Shown here: one piece after another, positions 35,984 through 48,320 of the stretch
Layout: every line of letters starts with the position of its first letter
Position numbering within the stretch: position 1 is the stretch's first letter
Source: Blepharisma stoltei ATCC 30299
Taxonomy: Eukaryota; Protista; Ciliophora
Length of the DNA: 64,000 nt
Assembly (NCBI GenBank): GCA_965603825.1
Contig: CBFDEM010000046.1
Span: 434,001-498,000, forward strand
Reading direction: 5' to 3'
Notes under the pieces: model-generated
Database searches by the model: none
The model's input: only the letters and a program-made list of their open reading frames with translations
What the model was told of the DNA's origin: nothing
Position numbers and translations under genes: made by a program

Positions 35984-36928
35984 TTACTTGCTAACAACTC
36001 CTTTATGATACTCATTGCAAAACTCACAATGGTTTGGCAATTTTCGATAATCCTGCTCTTTTTCACAAAACATGCAGACCATTCTATTTGCATAAGCCCA
36101 AGGATGAGATTCTCTCTTGTCATGACATTTATTGCAACAATAATATTGTGAACAGCAGCTTGGGACCATCCAGTAAGTAACATTGGTATAATTATCGCAC
36201 TCTATCGGTGCCGTAACACTCCATTTCCCTATTTTTCCAATATGTTTGATGAAATGTTCAGCGTTTTCTAAATCAATTACAAATTTTAGCTTCATATCTA
36301 CAGTCGGAAGATCAGGGAGTTGGGATATTGGCTTCACGTCTTCGCTGGCTATATCTTCTTCTGTTGCATTGAGCAAGTGCTCAATTGTGATATTTGCGCC
36401 ATCAAACAGCTCTTGAGTCTCATTTTTAACCCCTTCAAATTTCTCTATTTCTTCAGCAGCTATATTCATTACTTCAGTTTCTAACGTCTGCTGACGGTCT
36501 TCTAAAGCTTGCTTTCAAACACTAAAAGATTCATTAATCTCCGCTAAAGTTTTCTCCTTTTTTTCTCGAATTTCTGCGATTCTGGTAGTGACCAGACCGA
36601 TGTGATCTTTACATTTTTCGAGGTTTTCTTCTGCTTGTTTTTGCATTGCAATGAGTCTTTCAGATGGAGGCAGCTTGAGGTATTTTAAAGTTTGGGACAT
36701 ATCAGAGATATGCTCTATTAAATCCAGGATATGGAATGAGTGAGAAATCTGCTGGATTTGACGATTGTCAGGCTTACGATCAAGGGGGCAGGTAATCTTC
36801 CCTGTAGTTTTGTGCAAATTTGTTGCACAGCGCTTGCAAAGAGTATGGCCGCAGATTAGCACTAAGGGGAGATGACCAGATCTGTCATACTGCTCGGCAC
36901 AGACAGGGCACTCTAGAATTCCTTCCAT
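35984..36928 (-). CDS. RING + coiled-coil + CHY-type zinc finger protein (314 aa)
   Basis: CPVC..CGHTLCKRC..CPLD; TGA 36515 joins ORFs; CCSQYYCCNKCHD...CMFCEKEQ..CEFC. Confidence 0.85.
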
Positions 36929-37586
36929 AGTAATTATTATTGTTTATATTTAATTACAAATTTCATAAAATCGTTATTGATTAGGAGCTGATAAAAGAGC
37001 CAAAAGTTAAAATTATTGAGAATTTTGATTCATTCTTTGTTAGATCATTATAAAATTCTATGAGCTTCATGCTTTATATATGAGAAGGGTTCGATCAAGG
37101 ATGGAGAGTGAAAATCTTCATTTAATTGCATTAGTTCCATGCTCTTGTAGACAAAAATTGGTATGCTATGAATTTTATTAATGGCATAGCAAGATATTTT
37201 AATATCCGAAAGAGTTTTGAACTAGAATATAATTAATTTTAGAGTTATTTCTAAACAATATTTCATTTTATTTTATGTGCTTTATCTATAAATGGACTAT
37301 AAAGGTTTATTTCAAATGTTTTGATAATTCCTATTCAAATAAGCCTTATTAAATACTTTTATAAAATATATAATTAATAAAATACCTCACACAAGTCTTT
37401 TTAAATATTATTTTTTATTTTTCATAAATAATTATTAATTATTTCCTAAAACTGAAAATTTGTTACTAGGCTTTTAAATGCAATAAAATTAATAATTCCT
37501 TTATAAAATTGCTAAAAATTACTTTCCTATCTTTAGACTGTTGAATTTATTGTCCATTTTGACAATTTCTCTCACACCATAATTAA

Positions 37587-40253
37587 ATGGCCATTGTGAA
37601 TCAGCCTGATCCATACGATATCACTTGGAACCAGCTTCCAGCAATAGAGACGTGGTTGCCAAAAACCATAGAAACTTCAAAAGAACTCTTAAGCTACTTT
37701 GAGTTTACAGTTGTTTGCACAGCGAATTTTCGCAATTATAGATGGCCGATCGAATTTTCTTTCTCCTCCTACCAAAGCATAAGAAAAACGTTAAAAAGCA
37801 AGATAGGCAGAGAGCCAGAGCTTCCCAAGATTAAAAGCAATGAGTTCGAGAAAAAAGGAATCTACGAAAAGCTTGAGTTCCTTAAGTCCATCCTCGAAAC
37901 GCTAATTCTCTATTACTTCACCCATGACGAAGTTAGAGAAGTCTTCGAAATATCAAGAACCTCGTTCACTTCAGCTGCAAAAGCTAAAGAAGGTTTCGTT
38001 GAAAAGAAAATTTTCGGGATTACACTCAAAAGTACCGAAAAAGCCTGGTTTCATATAAATGGAGATTGGCTAGATTTTTATAAAGACCAAAATACTCCAG
38101 TGCCGTATGATACCCTGGCCTTAAGTAAAGATTTTACTATAGAGACTTTGCATGGCCATAAAATTGAGTTTACCTCAAATCAATATGAAATTTATATTGA
38201 AACTAAAAATCCAATAGACCAGGCCTTATGGCAAGCCGCCCTTATAGATACTCTGCATAAGTCAGAACGCTATAACTATGAGCCAAGATATCAATCTTCC
38301 TTCCCAGTCAGACAAGGAAACATTGTGAGGCCATACGTTGATGGGAATGACTATTACTCCGACCTTTACGAACATTTTAATTCAGCCAAAAAAACGATCT
38401 GCATATCAGATTGGTGGTTCAGTGCCAAAATGTACCTGAAAAGACCTAAAGATCTAAATAAAGACTCAAGGCTGGATAGGCTTCTTATTGAAGCAAATAG
38501 AAGAAACGTCATGGTCTACATTATTATTTGGCAAGAGCTTACACTTGCTACTTATAACAATGCTAACGATGCATTGAAGCTATTTGAGCCTTATCCAAAC
38601 ATCAAGATTCTTACTCATCCATGTTGTTTCTTGCGAGGGCTGAAAGAATGGCTTGGCTACGTATACTGGACCCATCATGAAAAAATGGTAATCATCGATA
38701 ACGAAATTGTTTTCATGGGTGGCCTAGACTTATGCCTAGGAAGATGGGATACCCACGAGCATTCTCTTAAAGACGTTGAAAAGCCTTATATATGGACAAG
38801 CTGGGATTATTCCAATGTAAGAGTTAAAGACTTCGCAAGAGGCTGGGAAAATGACGAATCAGAAACCCCAATAGACAGAAATGTGGTCCCAAGAATGCCG
38901 TGGCATGATATAGCGATGTCTGTAAAAGGCCCGATTGTAAAGGACATTTTATTTCACTTTAGAGATAGATGGAACTTTATTGATAATGATACCAAATCAA
39001 AATATGACGCCATCTCAACTGAGGATGGTGGTTATAATCAATCACTGAACCAAACTACTGAATTTCTGTCTAGTGAACTTGAAAAAGAAGCCTTAAAAAT
39101 TGCGGCACCCCGCTCTGCAGGAAATTTAAACCACATGGCAGCATTTATAAGAGGAAATTATAAAAACCACTTTCAGGCTCCCGTGATCTCTAAAGAGAGG
39201 AAAGCACAGTATAGAGACATAAACCTCGTGAGTCAAGCAGAGTCTGAAAATTCCCTATATGGAAATGGAGCTGAATGCCAACTCTTAATAAGTGGCTGCA
39301 AATGGAATCTCGGCTTCAAAATCCCAGAAAAATCAATTATGCACGCATATGTTGACCTAATTAATAATGCTGAGCACTTCATTTATATAGAAAATCAATT
39401 TTTTGTCTCTAGTACGGCTGGAGAAGAAGTTCATAACTTGATATCAGAAGCATTAACCAATAGGATCATAAGAGCTAAAGAGACCAACCAAAGATTCAAA
39501 GTCATCTTTTTAGTTCCTCTTCTTCCAGCCTTTGAAGGGGAGATAGACGAAGACGGGATGTCAGCAATGATCTTAAAGCAAAGCGTCAATTGGCAAGTCA
39601 AAACTATTCATCGAGAAGACTCAGAGACCTGCATGTTCAGAATTCTGAGGAACGCTGGCATAGAGCCGTCTGACTACATTAGGTTTTATTCCTTGAGGAA
39701 TCATGACCATTTAAGCCAGCCTGTGACTGAACTAATATATATCCACTGCAAAGCTATGGTCGTGGATGATAGATATGCAATTATTGGTTCAGCCAATATT
39801 AATGATAGAAGTATGAATGGAGACAGGGACTCTGAAATTGCACTGGTTATCAAGGGGTCTGAAACTGTGCAAGGCTCGATGCTAAATCAACATTATGACA
39901 AGTTTAAGGTCGCCCATGACCTCAGAGTCAGCCTTTGTATGGAGCATTTGGGAGTCTCTGATCCAAGCATAGTAGAAGATCCTTTTGATGAAGAGTTTTC
40001 GAACCTATGGATAAACACTGCTAGAGAAAACACTGAGTTCTATAGAAGAGTTTTTGGGTGCTATCCAGATGATACTATTCAGCATTATTCTCAAGTCCAA
40101 GAGTTGAAGAGTAATGCACATTTGGATGAGTACGAGCAGAGAAAAGGCTCAGTTAGAGGGCATTTAGTGGAGTACCCATTGAACTTTTTAGCTAAAGAAA
40201 TTCTTCAGACCTGCTTTGAGTCACCTTTGATTCAGCATAAGATTTTTACTTAA
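37587..40253 (+). CDS. PLD: Phospholipase D (PX-PH type)
   Basis: Two HKD motifs (HEKMVIID; HCKAMVVD..IGSANINDRS), PRMPWHD, IYIENQFF. Confidence 0.95.
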   Translation: MAIVNQPDPYDITWNQLPAIETWLPKTIETSKELLSYFEFTVVCTANFRNYRWPIEFSFSSYQSIRKTLKSKIGREPELPKIKSNEFEKKGIYEKLEFLKSILETLILYYFTHDEVREVFEISRTSFTSAAKAKEGFVEKKIFGITLKSTEKAWFHINGDWLDFYKDQNTPVPYDTLALSKDFTIETLHGHKIEFTSNQYEIYIETKNPIDQALWQAALIDTLHKSERYNYEPRYQSSFPVRQGNIVRPYVDGNDYYSDLYEHFNSAKKTICISDWWFSAKMYLKRPKDLNKDSRLDRLLIEANRRNVMVYIIIWQELTLATYNNANDALKLFEPYPNIKILTHPCCFLRGLKEWLGYVYWTHHEKMVIIDNEIVFMGGLDLCLGRWDTHEHSLKDVEKPYIWTSWDYSNVRVKDFARGWENDESETPIDRNVVPRMPWHDIAMSVKGPIVKDILFHFRDRWNFIDNDTKSKYDAISTEDGGYNQSLNQTTEFLSSELEKEALKIAAPRSAGNLNHMAAFIRGNYKNHFQAPVISKERKAQYRDINLVSQAESENSLYGNGAECQLLISGCKWNLGFKIPEKSIMHAYVDLINNAEHFIYIENQFFVSSTAGEEVHNLISEALTNRIIRAKETNQRFKVIFLVPLLPAFEGEIDEDGMSAMILKQSVNWQVKTIHREDSETCMFRILRNAGIEPSDYIRFYSLRNHDHLSQPVTELIYIHCKAMVVDDRYAIIGSANINDRSMNGDRDSEIALVIKGSETVQGSMLNQHYDKFKVAHDLRVSLCMEHLGVSDPSIVEDPFDEEFSNLWINTARENTEFYRRVFGCYPDDTIQHYSQVQELKSNAHLDEYEQRKGSVRGHLVEYPLNFLAKEILQTCFESPLIQHKIFT

Positions 40254-40987
40254 TGATAAGCTAAGATCTCTTAAGTCAATTAGAATGATTTTATAAACTT
40301 AATATAAATGTCTATAATTAGGAAATTCTTTTGGATCGTTTGATTCATTTAAATGAAGAAGTTAAAACTTAAGTTTATAAATTATCTATTTTCTTATATC
40401 TATCTTGAGGAAATGCTTATCACTTGCTGAGACTATAGAAGATTCTCCAATATTGAAGCATTTAAATTAAGCTTAATGAATAAAATCACTGATTGCATAA
40501 CGTTCAATCGCACAGTTCTGAAATTTTTGGTCTCAGCGCTTTTCAACCGTTTTATGATTTTTTAATGACCCTGCTGCCTGATTAGCAAGACATTTATCGC
40601 GATTGGTAAACTGAATCCTCTGACATCCAACAATTTAGATCTAGTGCCATAATGATCTTCCATGATGAATCAATTATATCACTCAATTAACCCCCTTTAG
40701 CTATTTTTAATGCCAACACAAAAATCGCTTGTTTCCTTGCCAAAATTCAGTGTTGGGATCCTTTCATTATCTTAGCATGAATCTTGGGATCTAAGCTCAT
40801 GCTTTCCAAAAAAATCAAGACTTTCCCGGGAACTTCTCCCTCCAAATTCATAGAGCATTAAGTATACAAATATCTGTCCAAATATATTGCTTTGAAGACA
40901 GCAAAATTTTTAGAGAATCCTGAACATTTATGAGATTCAAAAATGCATTTGAAAATCTAGGCATTATCTTTCATTTTCTGGCTTACA

Positions 40988-41614
40988 ATGCAGCAAGAAC
41001 AAGATATAGAGGTTATGAGTAAGATTCATATAGATTACACTTATTATAGACACAGTGCCCCAAAAGGAGTTATTTATTATCGCTGCTCTGATAGGCATTG
41101 CCCTGCCCGATTACACTATGACACCGCAGCAAAAGAAATCAGCCTGAAGAACAACCATCTAAACCCTGCCATTCACAGGCCTTCCAACTCAAAGCGAGCA
41201 ATTACTACTCAGCAGCTCCTTAAAATGCCTGATCACAAGATGAGAGCCCCTGTTGTTGTAACTCAAGCAATACCATCTCAAAAGGTGAAGCATGAAGAAG
41301 AGCTCAATCTGCCTAAGAAGCGAGAAAGGCTTTCAACAATGATTAATTCGATGCCCCAAGAAATATACATGGTTAGATTCTATGTGGATAATTTGGAAAT
41401 TGGGAATCTCTTCGCAAGAGAAATAATAGATAACTGCATTGGACACAAAGTCTGCTGCTTCACAAATGGGTATCAGCTTAATTTTGCAAATGTGCAAGAG
41501 TTAAAAGTTACTGTTGAAGTAGAATGCCCACAGGATCAAACTTCCAGGGTCATTTTGTTCATGAACCAGATTTTTGGTTATGATATTGACCATGATATCT
41601 TCAAGAAGCTTTAA
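40988..41614 (+). CDS. FLYWCH/WRKY-like zinc-finger protein
   Basis: YTYYRH...YYRCSDRHCPARL...H....H pattern. Confidence 0.7.
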   Translation: MQQEQDIEVMSKIHIDYTYYRHSAPKGVIYYRCSDRHCPARLHYDTAAKEISLKNNHLNPAIHRPSNSKRAITTQQLLKMPDHKMRAPVVVTQAIPSQKVKHEEELNLPKKRERLSTMINSMPQEIYMVRFYVDNLEIGNLFAREIIDNCIGHKVCCFTNGYQLNFANVQELKVTVEVECPQDQTSRVILFMNQIFGYDIDHDIFKKL

Positions 41615-41822
41615 TAAAGTATTTAAATTAGAGTTGATATGAAAATTCGATTTCTCAAGGTATCATGATTTCGGATTATTTGGTTGCTATTAGTTATATA
41701 ATTTCCCTATTTTTTTAAAATCGTCTGCACTGGATCCTTTCTCCATTTAATTATTTAGGCTAGAGATATAACTATTCACAAATGAGGCTGAGTAAGAATA
41801 ATATAACAATTATAAAGTCTAC

Positions 41823-43388
41823 ATGGAAACCAAAAGTTTTAGATGGCTGCTTGAAGTTTTATTACACGATCATGTAACAATACCTGTATTAGACACATTT
41901 TTAGTCAACAAATCCCAAGTATCATCATGAATTACAACAGATAGTAAAGGCAAACTAAGCAAAAAATTGATGGATGAAGCAACTTACACACTAGGGACAA
42001 TTGATCTGATAAGCTCGGAATATTCTGAGGCAATAAAATTAAGACAAAGAGGGTTGGATATTGCTTATGTTTACACAAGGGAAGGAAGAATAGTTCTTTC
42101 TCAAAATACACTAGAGGAATTTAAAATGAGGAATCTTTATGGTGTTACTATTTTTTGTATTCAAAGAGTGAAGCCTCATTTAGGAGAATCTTCAAAATTA
42201 TATAGACTGAAGCTGGAATATTCTAAAAACGAGTACACAGCTGAGTTTTATTTGCTGAATCCTTTTCTAAAAGTAAAAAATAGAGAGTGATTCCAAGAAG
42301 TAAAAGACATAGCCACCACAATTTTAGCAGCAATTTTAGAAGACACTGAAAAAGTGATAGTTTCTATTGAGCTAGATTTCATGAAAGATGAAAGAAACCA
42401 ATTCTGGCTTGCATATGTATGGAGCTGCAAACTGGTTCCTTGGGATATTTTTAAAGAAAGCAACTTTGACGTCAAATTTACTTATATTAGAATGGACTCA
42501 AAAGTTGACCTAGCAATTAAACTAAAAAAAAGAGAAGATAAAGGCAATAAGCTTATAAAGAGCAAAAAAAAACTCTATCAATTTCGCGTAAGAACTCCAG
42601 AAGATTCTCATGATAGTGAAGATGACGATTACGAGCATGGCTGACACAATTTTAAAAAAAATTCGAAAATAAAGTTATTAGGCTCTGCGCTTTTGAATGG
42701 AATTATATCAACAGAACCGAAGCCAGAAAGCAGAGATTCTAAAAAATTTTTATCTATATTAGGAAACAATAGTGGAGGAAATGCAAGTGAAAGATCGTTA
42801 AAACAAAAATCTGCACCCCATTTTGAATCCCCAAATAAAATAAATCCGCATTTTTTAGAGCTGCTTTGTAAAACTAGAGCTAAAGTGAAATTAATTAAAG
42901 AAGGCAAAATTTATAGCTTGAGACATGAAGATGATAGCGAATTAGACAGGGAAAAAGAGGAGCTGCTTAAGGAACTAGATCAAGATAAAAGTGGATCGAG
43001 AACTACTTCAAGAAAATTATCATTTCTTGCCGGAATGTATAAAAAAGAATCTACAACTAATCCAAAATCCGAAAAAACTTCCCCACGAGCAAATATTCAT
43101 ATCGCACAAAAATTGGATTTTAATACCTTAAGTTCTGATGTCACAAAAAAACTCTCCCCGATAGCTAAGATACCTCAAACTACGACTCAACGAAAGCGAA
43201 AAAGCAGAAAACTAAAATCCAGAAAAATAACTATAATCCCAAAGCACCCTCCAGTGCTAAATCCATTGCCAAGGGTAAGTCTCCCAACCAAACTGCTTAA
43301 CCCTACCATAAGTTCTGCAACTCTTTCTCCCGATTTTTTAACTCCAAAATCAAGCCATTCCCCTTCTTGGCTGCCACATTTTCCTTAA
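41823..43388 (+). CDS. Hypothetical protein (521 aa), three TGA=Trp
   Basis: ATG 41823 is in frame with ORFs 41967, 42354 and 42693; TGA at 41928, 42288, 42642; globular N-half, disordered C-half. Confidence 0.78.
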
Positions 43389-43416
43389 TTTATCATAATT
43401 AAATTTTGATTAAATA

Positions 43417-44445
43417 ATGTCTAGAAGTGCTTCACCAACCAAAAGTGATAAAAAGCTTTCTAAAGTTCCCGTAAAAAGTTACCGCACTTATCTTGACGAA
43501 GATATAGGGTACGTCTCACGCAAAGACCATGAATTTTTATCAGTCGTTTCTTTAGGCTTAAAACAACGAGTTGAACAGATGATTAAAAAAGGCCATCATA
43601 ATTTGCTTGTAAAAGATAAATCAGGGAATAACGCTGTACATATTGCTGCGAAAAAGAATGATATGGACTTGTTAAGGATGATTTGCGATACTGGAGTGCC
43701 TGCAAGCTTAAGAAAAAGAGGAAGCAATAACGTTACACCTTTTATGATCGCAGCTAAACATGGGTGTAAAGACTCCTTAAGCTATTTACACACAGAAGCG
43801 AGGGTAGATGTTCATCAAAAAGACTCGCAAGGACAAAACGCGCTATTTTATGCAGTGATTGGAGGAAGCATGGAATGTTTGAAATATTTAATTGAAGTTG
43901 CAAAGCTGAATTATAAGATTACGAATAACGAAAATGGAAACACACTGCTCCATACAGCTTCACTATATGGGCATATACATTTGGTAAGATACTGCTGTGA
44001 AACTCTGCGTATGGACCCACATAGGTTTAACCTAAAAGGAAAATCCCCTCTATTTTTAGGTATTGAGGCAAATTCTTTGATTATTGTGACTTATTTGCAT
44101 TCTGTATGAGGGGTTAATATTTTTTTGCCGAATGATGATGGGATGTCACCACTTGCTTTTAGTGCGAGTGATTCAAAATTTTTTGGGATTTTTTCATACT
44201 TAGCAACATTAGTTTCTCCAGAAAGCTTAGTTGAAGGGGATCCTTTGCTTACTAAATCACTTCAGCATCCGCCGATTACAGCGCAGCATGCTGCATTATC
44301 AAATAATAATCAACTTGCAATTGATTTTATATCAAAAAAGACGATCAGAAAAAGAAGGGTCTACCTCTTATGAATGGCGGAAAAAAGTCCTCTGCTTCAG
44401 AATATAAAGTCCAAGCTGATTGAAGGCGTTCTAAGCTATATATAA
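43417..44445 (+). CDS. Ankyrin-repeat protein (342 aa), two TGA=Trp
   Basis: GNNAVHIAA, VTPFMIAA, GQNALFYAV, GNTLLHTAS, GKSPLF; TGA 44107 and 44371; TAA 44443. Confidence 0.9.
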
Positions 44446-44714
44446 TTAACCCGAAAATTAATTTTATTTTTTCATTTTTCTATTTAGTCGATCAGATCTT
44501 TTATCAGAATTTGATTAAAATAAAGTTTAAATGGAACTCAGATCAATTTAGAAAAAATTAATTCATCTAATTACTGTCTCAAAATTACTGGTTATTCAAT
44601 CTGAATTATAAATAATTAATATTTCTGACATCAAATTGCTATTTTATTTATACAATATTATTATTAGATCATTCGAAATTCATGCATATGGTGGGATTTA
44701 TAATTAAAAGAATT

Positions 44715-45287
44715 ATGACAGATATCGTAAGACTAGCAAAAATTCCTGTAATCGCTAAAGGTGCTAAAAGACTGGTCTATAAAGTTACTGTCGATCATTA
44801 TGCCGTAAGCTTTATTTAGACAACTTATTGTATAACATCTGCATTCTTAGGTCTTTATCTGTATTATGAAAATATTAATGGAGAGTCAGCTGCTTTCATG
44901 TGGATCCTGCACTCACTGCTTCTTACTTGTATACGGATGTATTCAGTAAAAACAGAAGAGTACCCGGAATTGCAAAGATTGAGACAAATAGAAAATACAA
45001 TTGAAATTTTAACGAGGTATAGAAATGAGCAGATCAGAAATAATCCAGAGCTTGCTGGATGCCCATCATTTGATGAGGTTTTTTCTCTTCCTCATATTCA
45101 CATGAAAGAGTCCGGATACTGCTGCATTTGTTTGGATACAATTGATTTAAAAGAGACTATAACAAATATTGGGTGCACTCACAAGTTTCATTCAAAATGC
45201 ATTGACGTGTGGATCCTTAATAATCCAACTTGTCCTGTATGCAAAATAAGGGTTAACTTTGAAAAAAAAGCGAAGCCAAGTACTTAA
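44715..45287 (+). CDS. Membrane-associated RING-H2 E3 ligase, one intron
   Basis: ATG 44715, intron 44805-44819, hydrophobic segments, CCICLD..CTHKFHSKCIDVW..CPVC. Confidence 0.85.
44805..44819 (+). other. 15-nt intron GTAAGCTTTATTTAG
   Basis: Consensus, A at -6, removes in-frame TAG. Confidence 0.85.
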
Positions 45288-45358
45288 ATTCATTGGTAAA
45301 TTTAAAATATTAAATCTAGTTGCTTGGCTATTTTAATGTAAACTCAAAGAGACATTAT

Positions 45359-45853
45359 TTATATAGGAGACCTTCTTCCATGACTTTTCGGAGGAATGAA
45401 AGGTAAAGGAGTACGAGCATATTTCGATGAAAATTTCAGCTCCACAGACTTACTGTTCTTATTGTGCGTTTTTGAAGCAGTTGAGTTTGGTACTGAAGTC
45501 AAATCTGAAGGATCTTTGATTGGGGAAAGTTTCAATTTTTTTTCAACAAATAAATTTTTAAATACTTCACTTTGATTGACTTTTGGGATATTTACTTCAT
45601 TGTAGCTATTATTTACATTCCAAAAGCTCATTTCTTCTTCGCCATATTGTTTCGTTACTTCACTTCTCAGTTTTCTTGCTTCTTTCATTAAAACACTTGG
45701 ATCTTTGAATGCTCTTCTTCGGAGTTTAAACTTAAGCGATTCTATTTTAAGTTCTTTAAGCTGGAGTTTTTTATTAAGAGTTTTTATTTCTTCTTGCTGG
45801 GATGTGCACAATTTAACCAATTCTTCATGAGATAAAATTGATAATCGGTCCAT
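45359..45853 (-). CDS. Hypothetical coiled-coil protein (164 aa)
   Basis: ATG..TAA ORF with N-terminal heptads. Confidence 0.7.
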   Translation of the reverse strand: MDRLSILSHEELVKLCTSQQEEIKTLNKKLQLKELKIESLKFKLRRRAFKDPSVLMKEARKLRSEVTKQYGEEEMSFWNVNNSYNEVNIPKVNQSEVFKNLFVEKKLKLSPIKDPSDLTSVPNSTASKTHNKNSKSVELKFSSKYARTPLPFIPPKSHGRRSPI

Positions 45854-45955
45854 TATTTTTTAAAAGATTTTATTCTAAGACTTCCGTGCTTTTAAATTTT
45901 AGGCGATATCAAAGCATTTAAAGCAGAAATAGATTCCTTAAAAAAGTTTAATAGA

Positions 45956-46576
45956 TTAACAGCATCCTTCTTTCTTTTTCTTCTGCTGCTTTTTCACTTC
46001 AATGCTTGGCTGGTAAACATCTTCCTTTATATTAGCCAGTGCTTTTTTGGCGATGAACTGAAAAGCTTCCTCGACATTGATTGCGTCTTTTGCAGAAGTT
46101 TCGTAAAGTGGAATATTACCATTAGCTAAACATCATTGAGAAGCCTTGGTGTTTGATACCTTTCTTTCTGGCTCCTTATCAAGCTTATTTCCCAATATAA
46201 CAAAAGGAAAATTATCTGGATCTCTACAATTGGATTGCGATATAAATTCGTCTTTCCAGGAGGAAAGGCTTTCAAAGCTCTTTGTTGAGGTGATATCATA
46301 TACAAGAATGCAGCAATCAGCACCTCTATAGAAAGCAACTCCTAAACTTTGGAAGCGTTCTTGCCCTGCAGTATCCCAGATCTGGAGTGTAATTGGTTTT
46401 CCATCTACGACTAAATCTTTCGTAAGGAAATCGGCACCAATAGTAGCCTTATATTGCTGGGTGAAACGTTTGGTCACATATTGGTTCATTAAAGAAGTCT
46501 TGCCAACTCTATGTAAAAGTTACGCTGAGTCGCCTAAAATAATTGCTTTGATGAAGTGTTTTCGGTCGTGATCCAT
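45956..46576 (-). CDS. RAB7: Rab7 GTPase, 201 aa, one intron, one TGA=Trp
   Basis: [15 protein letters not shown] after splicing, [29 protein letters not shown](TGA)C, ETSAK, terminal GCC. Confidence 0.95.
46509..46523 (-). other. 15-nt intron GTAACTTTTACATAG in the Rab7 P-loop
   Basis: Removal restores the GxxxxGKT motif; unspliced frame has TAA. Confidence 0.95.
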
Positions 46577-47579
46577 ATTTATAAGAGAGGAATTTATTAT
46601 AAAATTGTGTTATTAGGAGAAACAAATATATAATTTGTCAAATGAAAATATTGCTTAAAGCTGCAGGACAAGGCAATTATATTGGTGGTTAAATAGCTAA
46701 AATGATAAATTAAAGTAAGTAAAATGATAATTTAAATTCTCATGTTTGATATTTATTAAGACTTAAAAATTTTTAGTTAAGAATTTAGATATCTGTATTT
46801 TTGAAATAATTTTTAAGAAAATAAATTTTGAGATTACAAAAAACTATAAAGTTGTAATATTTCTTAATCTGAAAAAATTATCTTATCATTTAAATTTTCT
46901 CTGTAATGCCAAAATAAGCAAGACATGATAATTTAGTAAATTTTTTTTAGGCCTAATACAAATAATTTTATTATTAATTTATACTAGGGATTAAATTTCA
47001 AAGTAAAAATTTATTATCTGATGTTGCGAATCAGCCACGATAAAGGGTAAAGTTTCCAAGTTAATCGTTGAGTGAATTTTAAATCAGTATCGTTTGTTGG
47101 ATTGATTTATGAAATTAGCATCATAAAAAATATAACGGTAAGCTTATGCGGACCCTTACCTATATATATGTCAGAGCAAATCCGACTAGTGCAGTTAAAG
47201 TAGATTAAGCCATAAAGCAACACGAATCAATTTTTAACTGAAACTATTTAAATGAAACAAATCAATAAAAAAAACGTTAGCATAAAATCTTTAATCTATT
47301 AAATATTCGATGCAATAGTTGCAAATAATGAGATTGCAAATTTATTCAATTCTCCTACTATTGTAAAGTAGCTAGCATATTTTTCTAGAATCCTTAGACT
47401 CTTTCAATTTACATGCTTTCTTATTAAATAATGTAAATGTTCTTATACCTATAATCAATATTTTAAGTTCTTTTTTCAGTTGATTTAATTAAGCTATTTG
47501 CAGATGAAATAGAAGACTGAGCCTCAAGCTATCCATTTATATTAGCCATATAGCTAAACCATCTTCATTATAAAACCCT

Positions 47580-48320
47580 ATGGCAAATATCATTTCTATG
47601 ATAGAATTTATGATTTCTCAAGTTTCTACATATGCCAAACACGTTAACCGTAAAAGCACACTTGAAGCGAAAATCAGAAATATGTTTTTTCACATAAAGC
47701 GGAATGTCCAGTTTCCACCAAAAAAAGAATACTTGAGATGCAGGCTTATTTGTGGCCACAAACGCTTGAACAGGCACATAAATCAAAATTCTTTACCCAT
47801 AGGCCTTCTCAATAGCTATGACTTTAGTGACCCTTCATCCTTTCAGCTTTGGATAAAACTTGAAAATTGCTACTTTAAAAACAAAGAAGAATTGGATTTA
47901 ATCAGCAGAACAGAAAGCGGGCCAAAAACTGATGGCATATCTAAGAGGAAAGGGCGAACTCAAAGCTTAGAAAAGAGCTTTAACATGTCCTTTTGCATAC
48001 GATATTTCAGCTCAGCTGCAGTTTTAGAGTCGTTTCACTATTATATTGAGCTAATTTTTTTAAAGCTAGATCCTGAGCTATTGTGTAGAAAATTTGATTT
48101 TAGATGCTGTACAGGCGGCCACCAGCCAGAATGCTTTGAAAAATGGCTTATTTTGAAGCACTACATAAAGGTGATGATGATTGAAGAATTAGGCGTGCCA
48201 CCTTTAAGAGAAATTATAGCGGTTCTTCCAAATGTATTTCAGCCTGAAAGAAGTACAGAAGAAAAATATTTAGAATGATTAGAAGATGAAAGCAAAAGAG
48301 AGACATCAACAAATGCGTAA
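47580..48320 (+). CDS. Uncharacterised protein with CC-x3-H-x3-C motif (246 aa)
   Basis: PKKEYLRCRLI.GHKR, TESGPKTDG, KSFN..FC, FRCCTGGHQPECFEKW; extends through TGA 48276 to TAA 48318. Confidence 0.8.

Noticed and set aside
40460-40860. GC-richer intergenic stretch with Sm-like AATTTTTGG and C-box-like ATGATGA
   Set aside because: No U snRNA or complete C/D snoRNA architecture recognisable; such motifs are expected by chance
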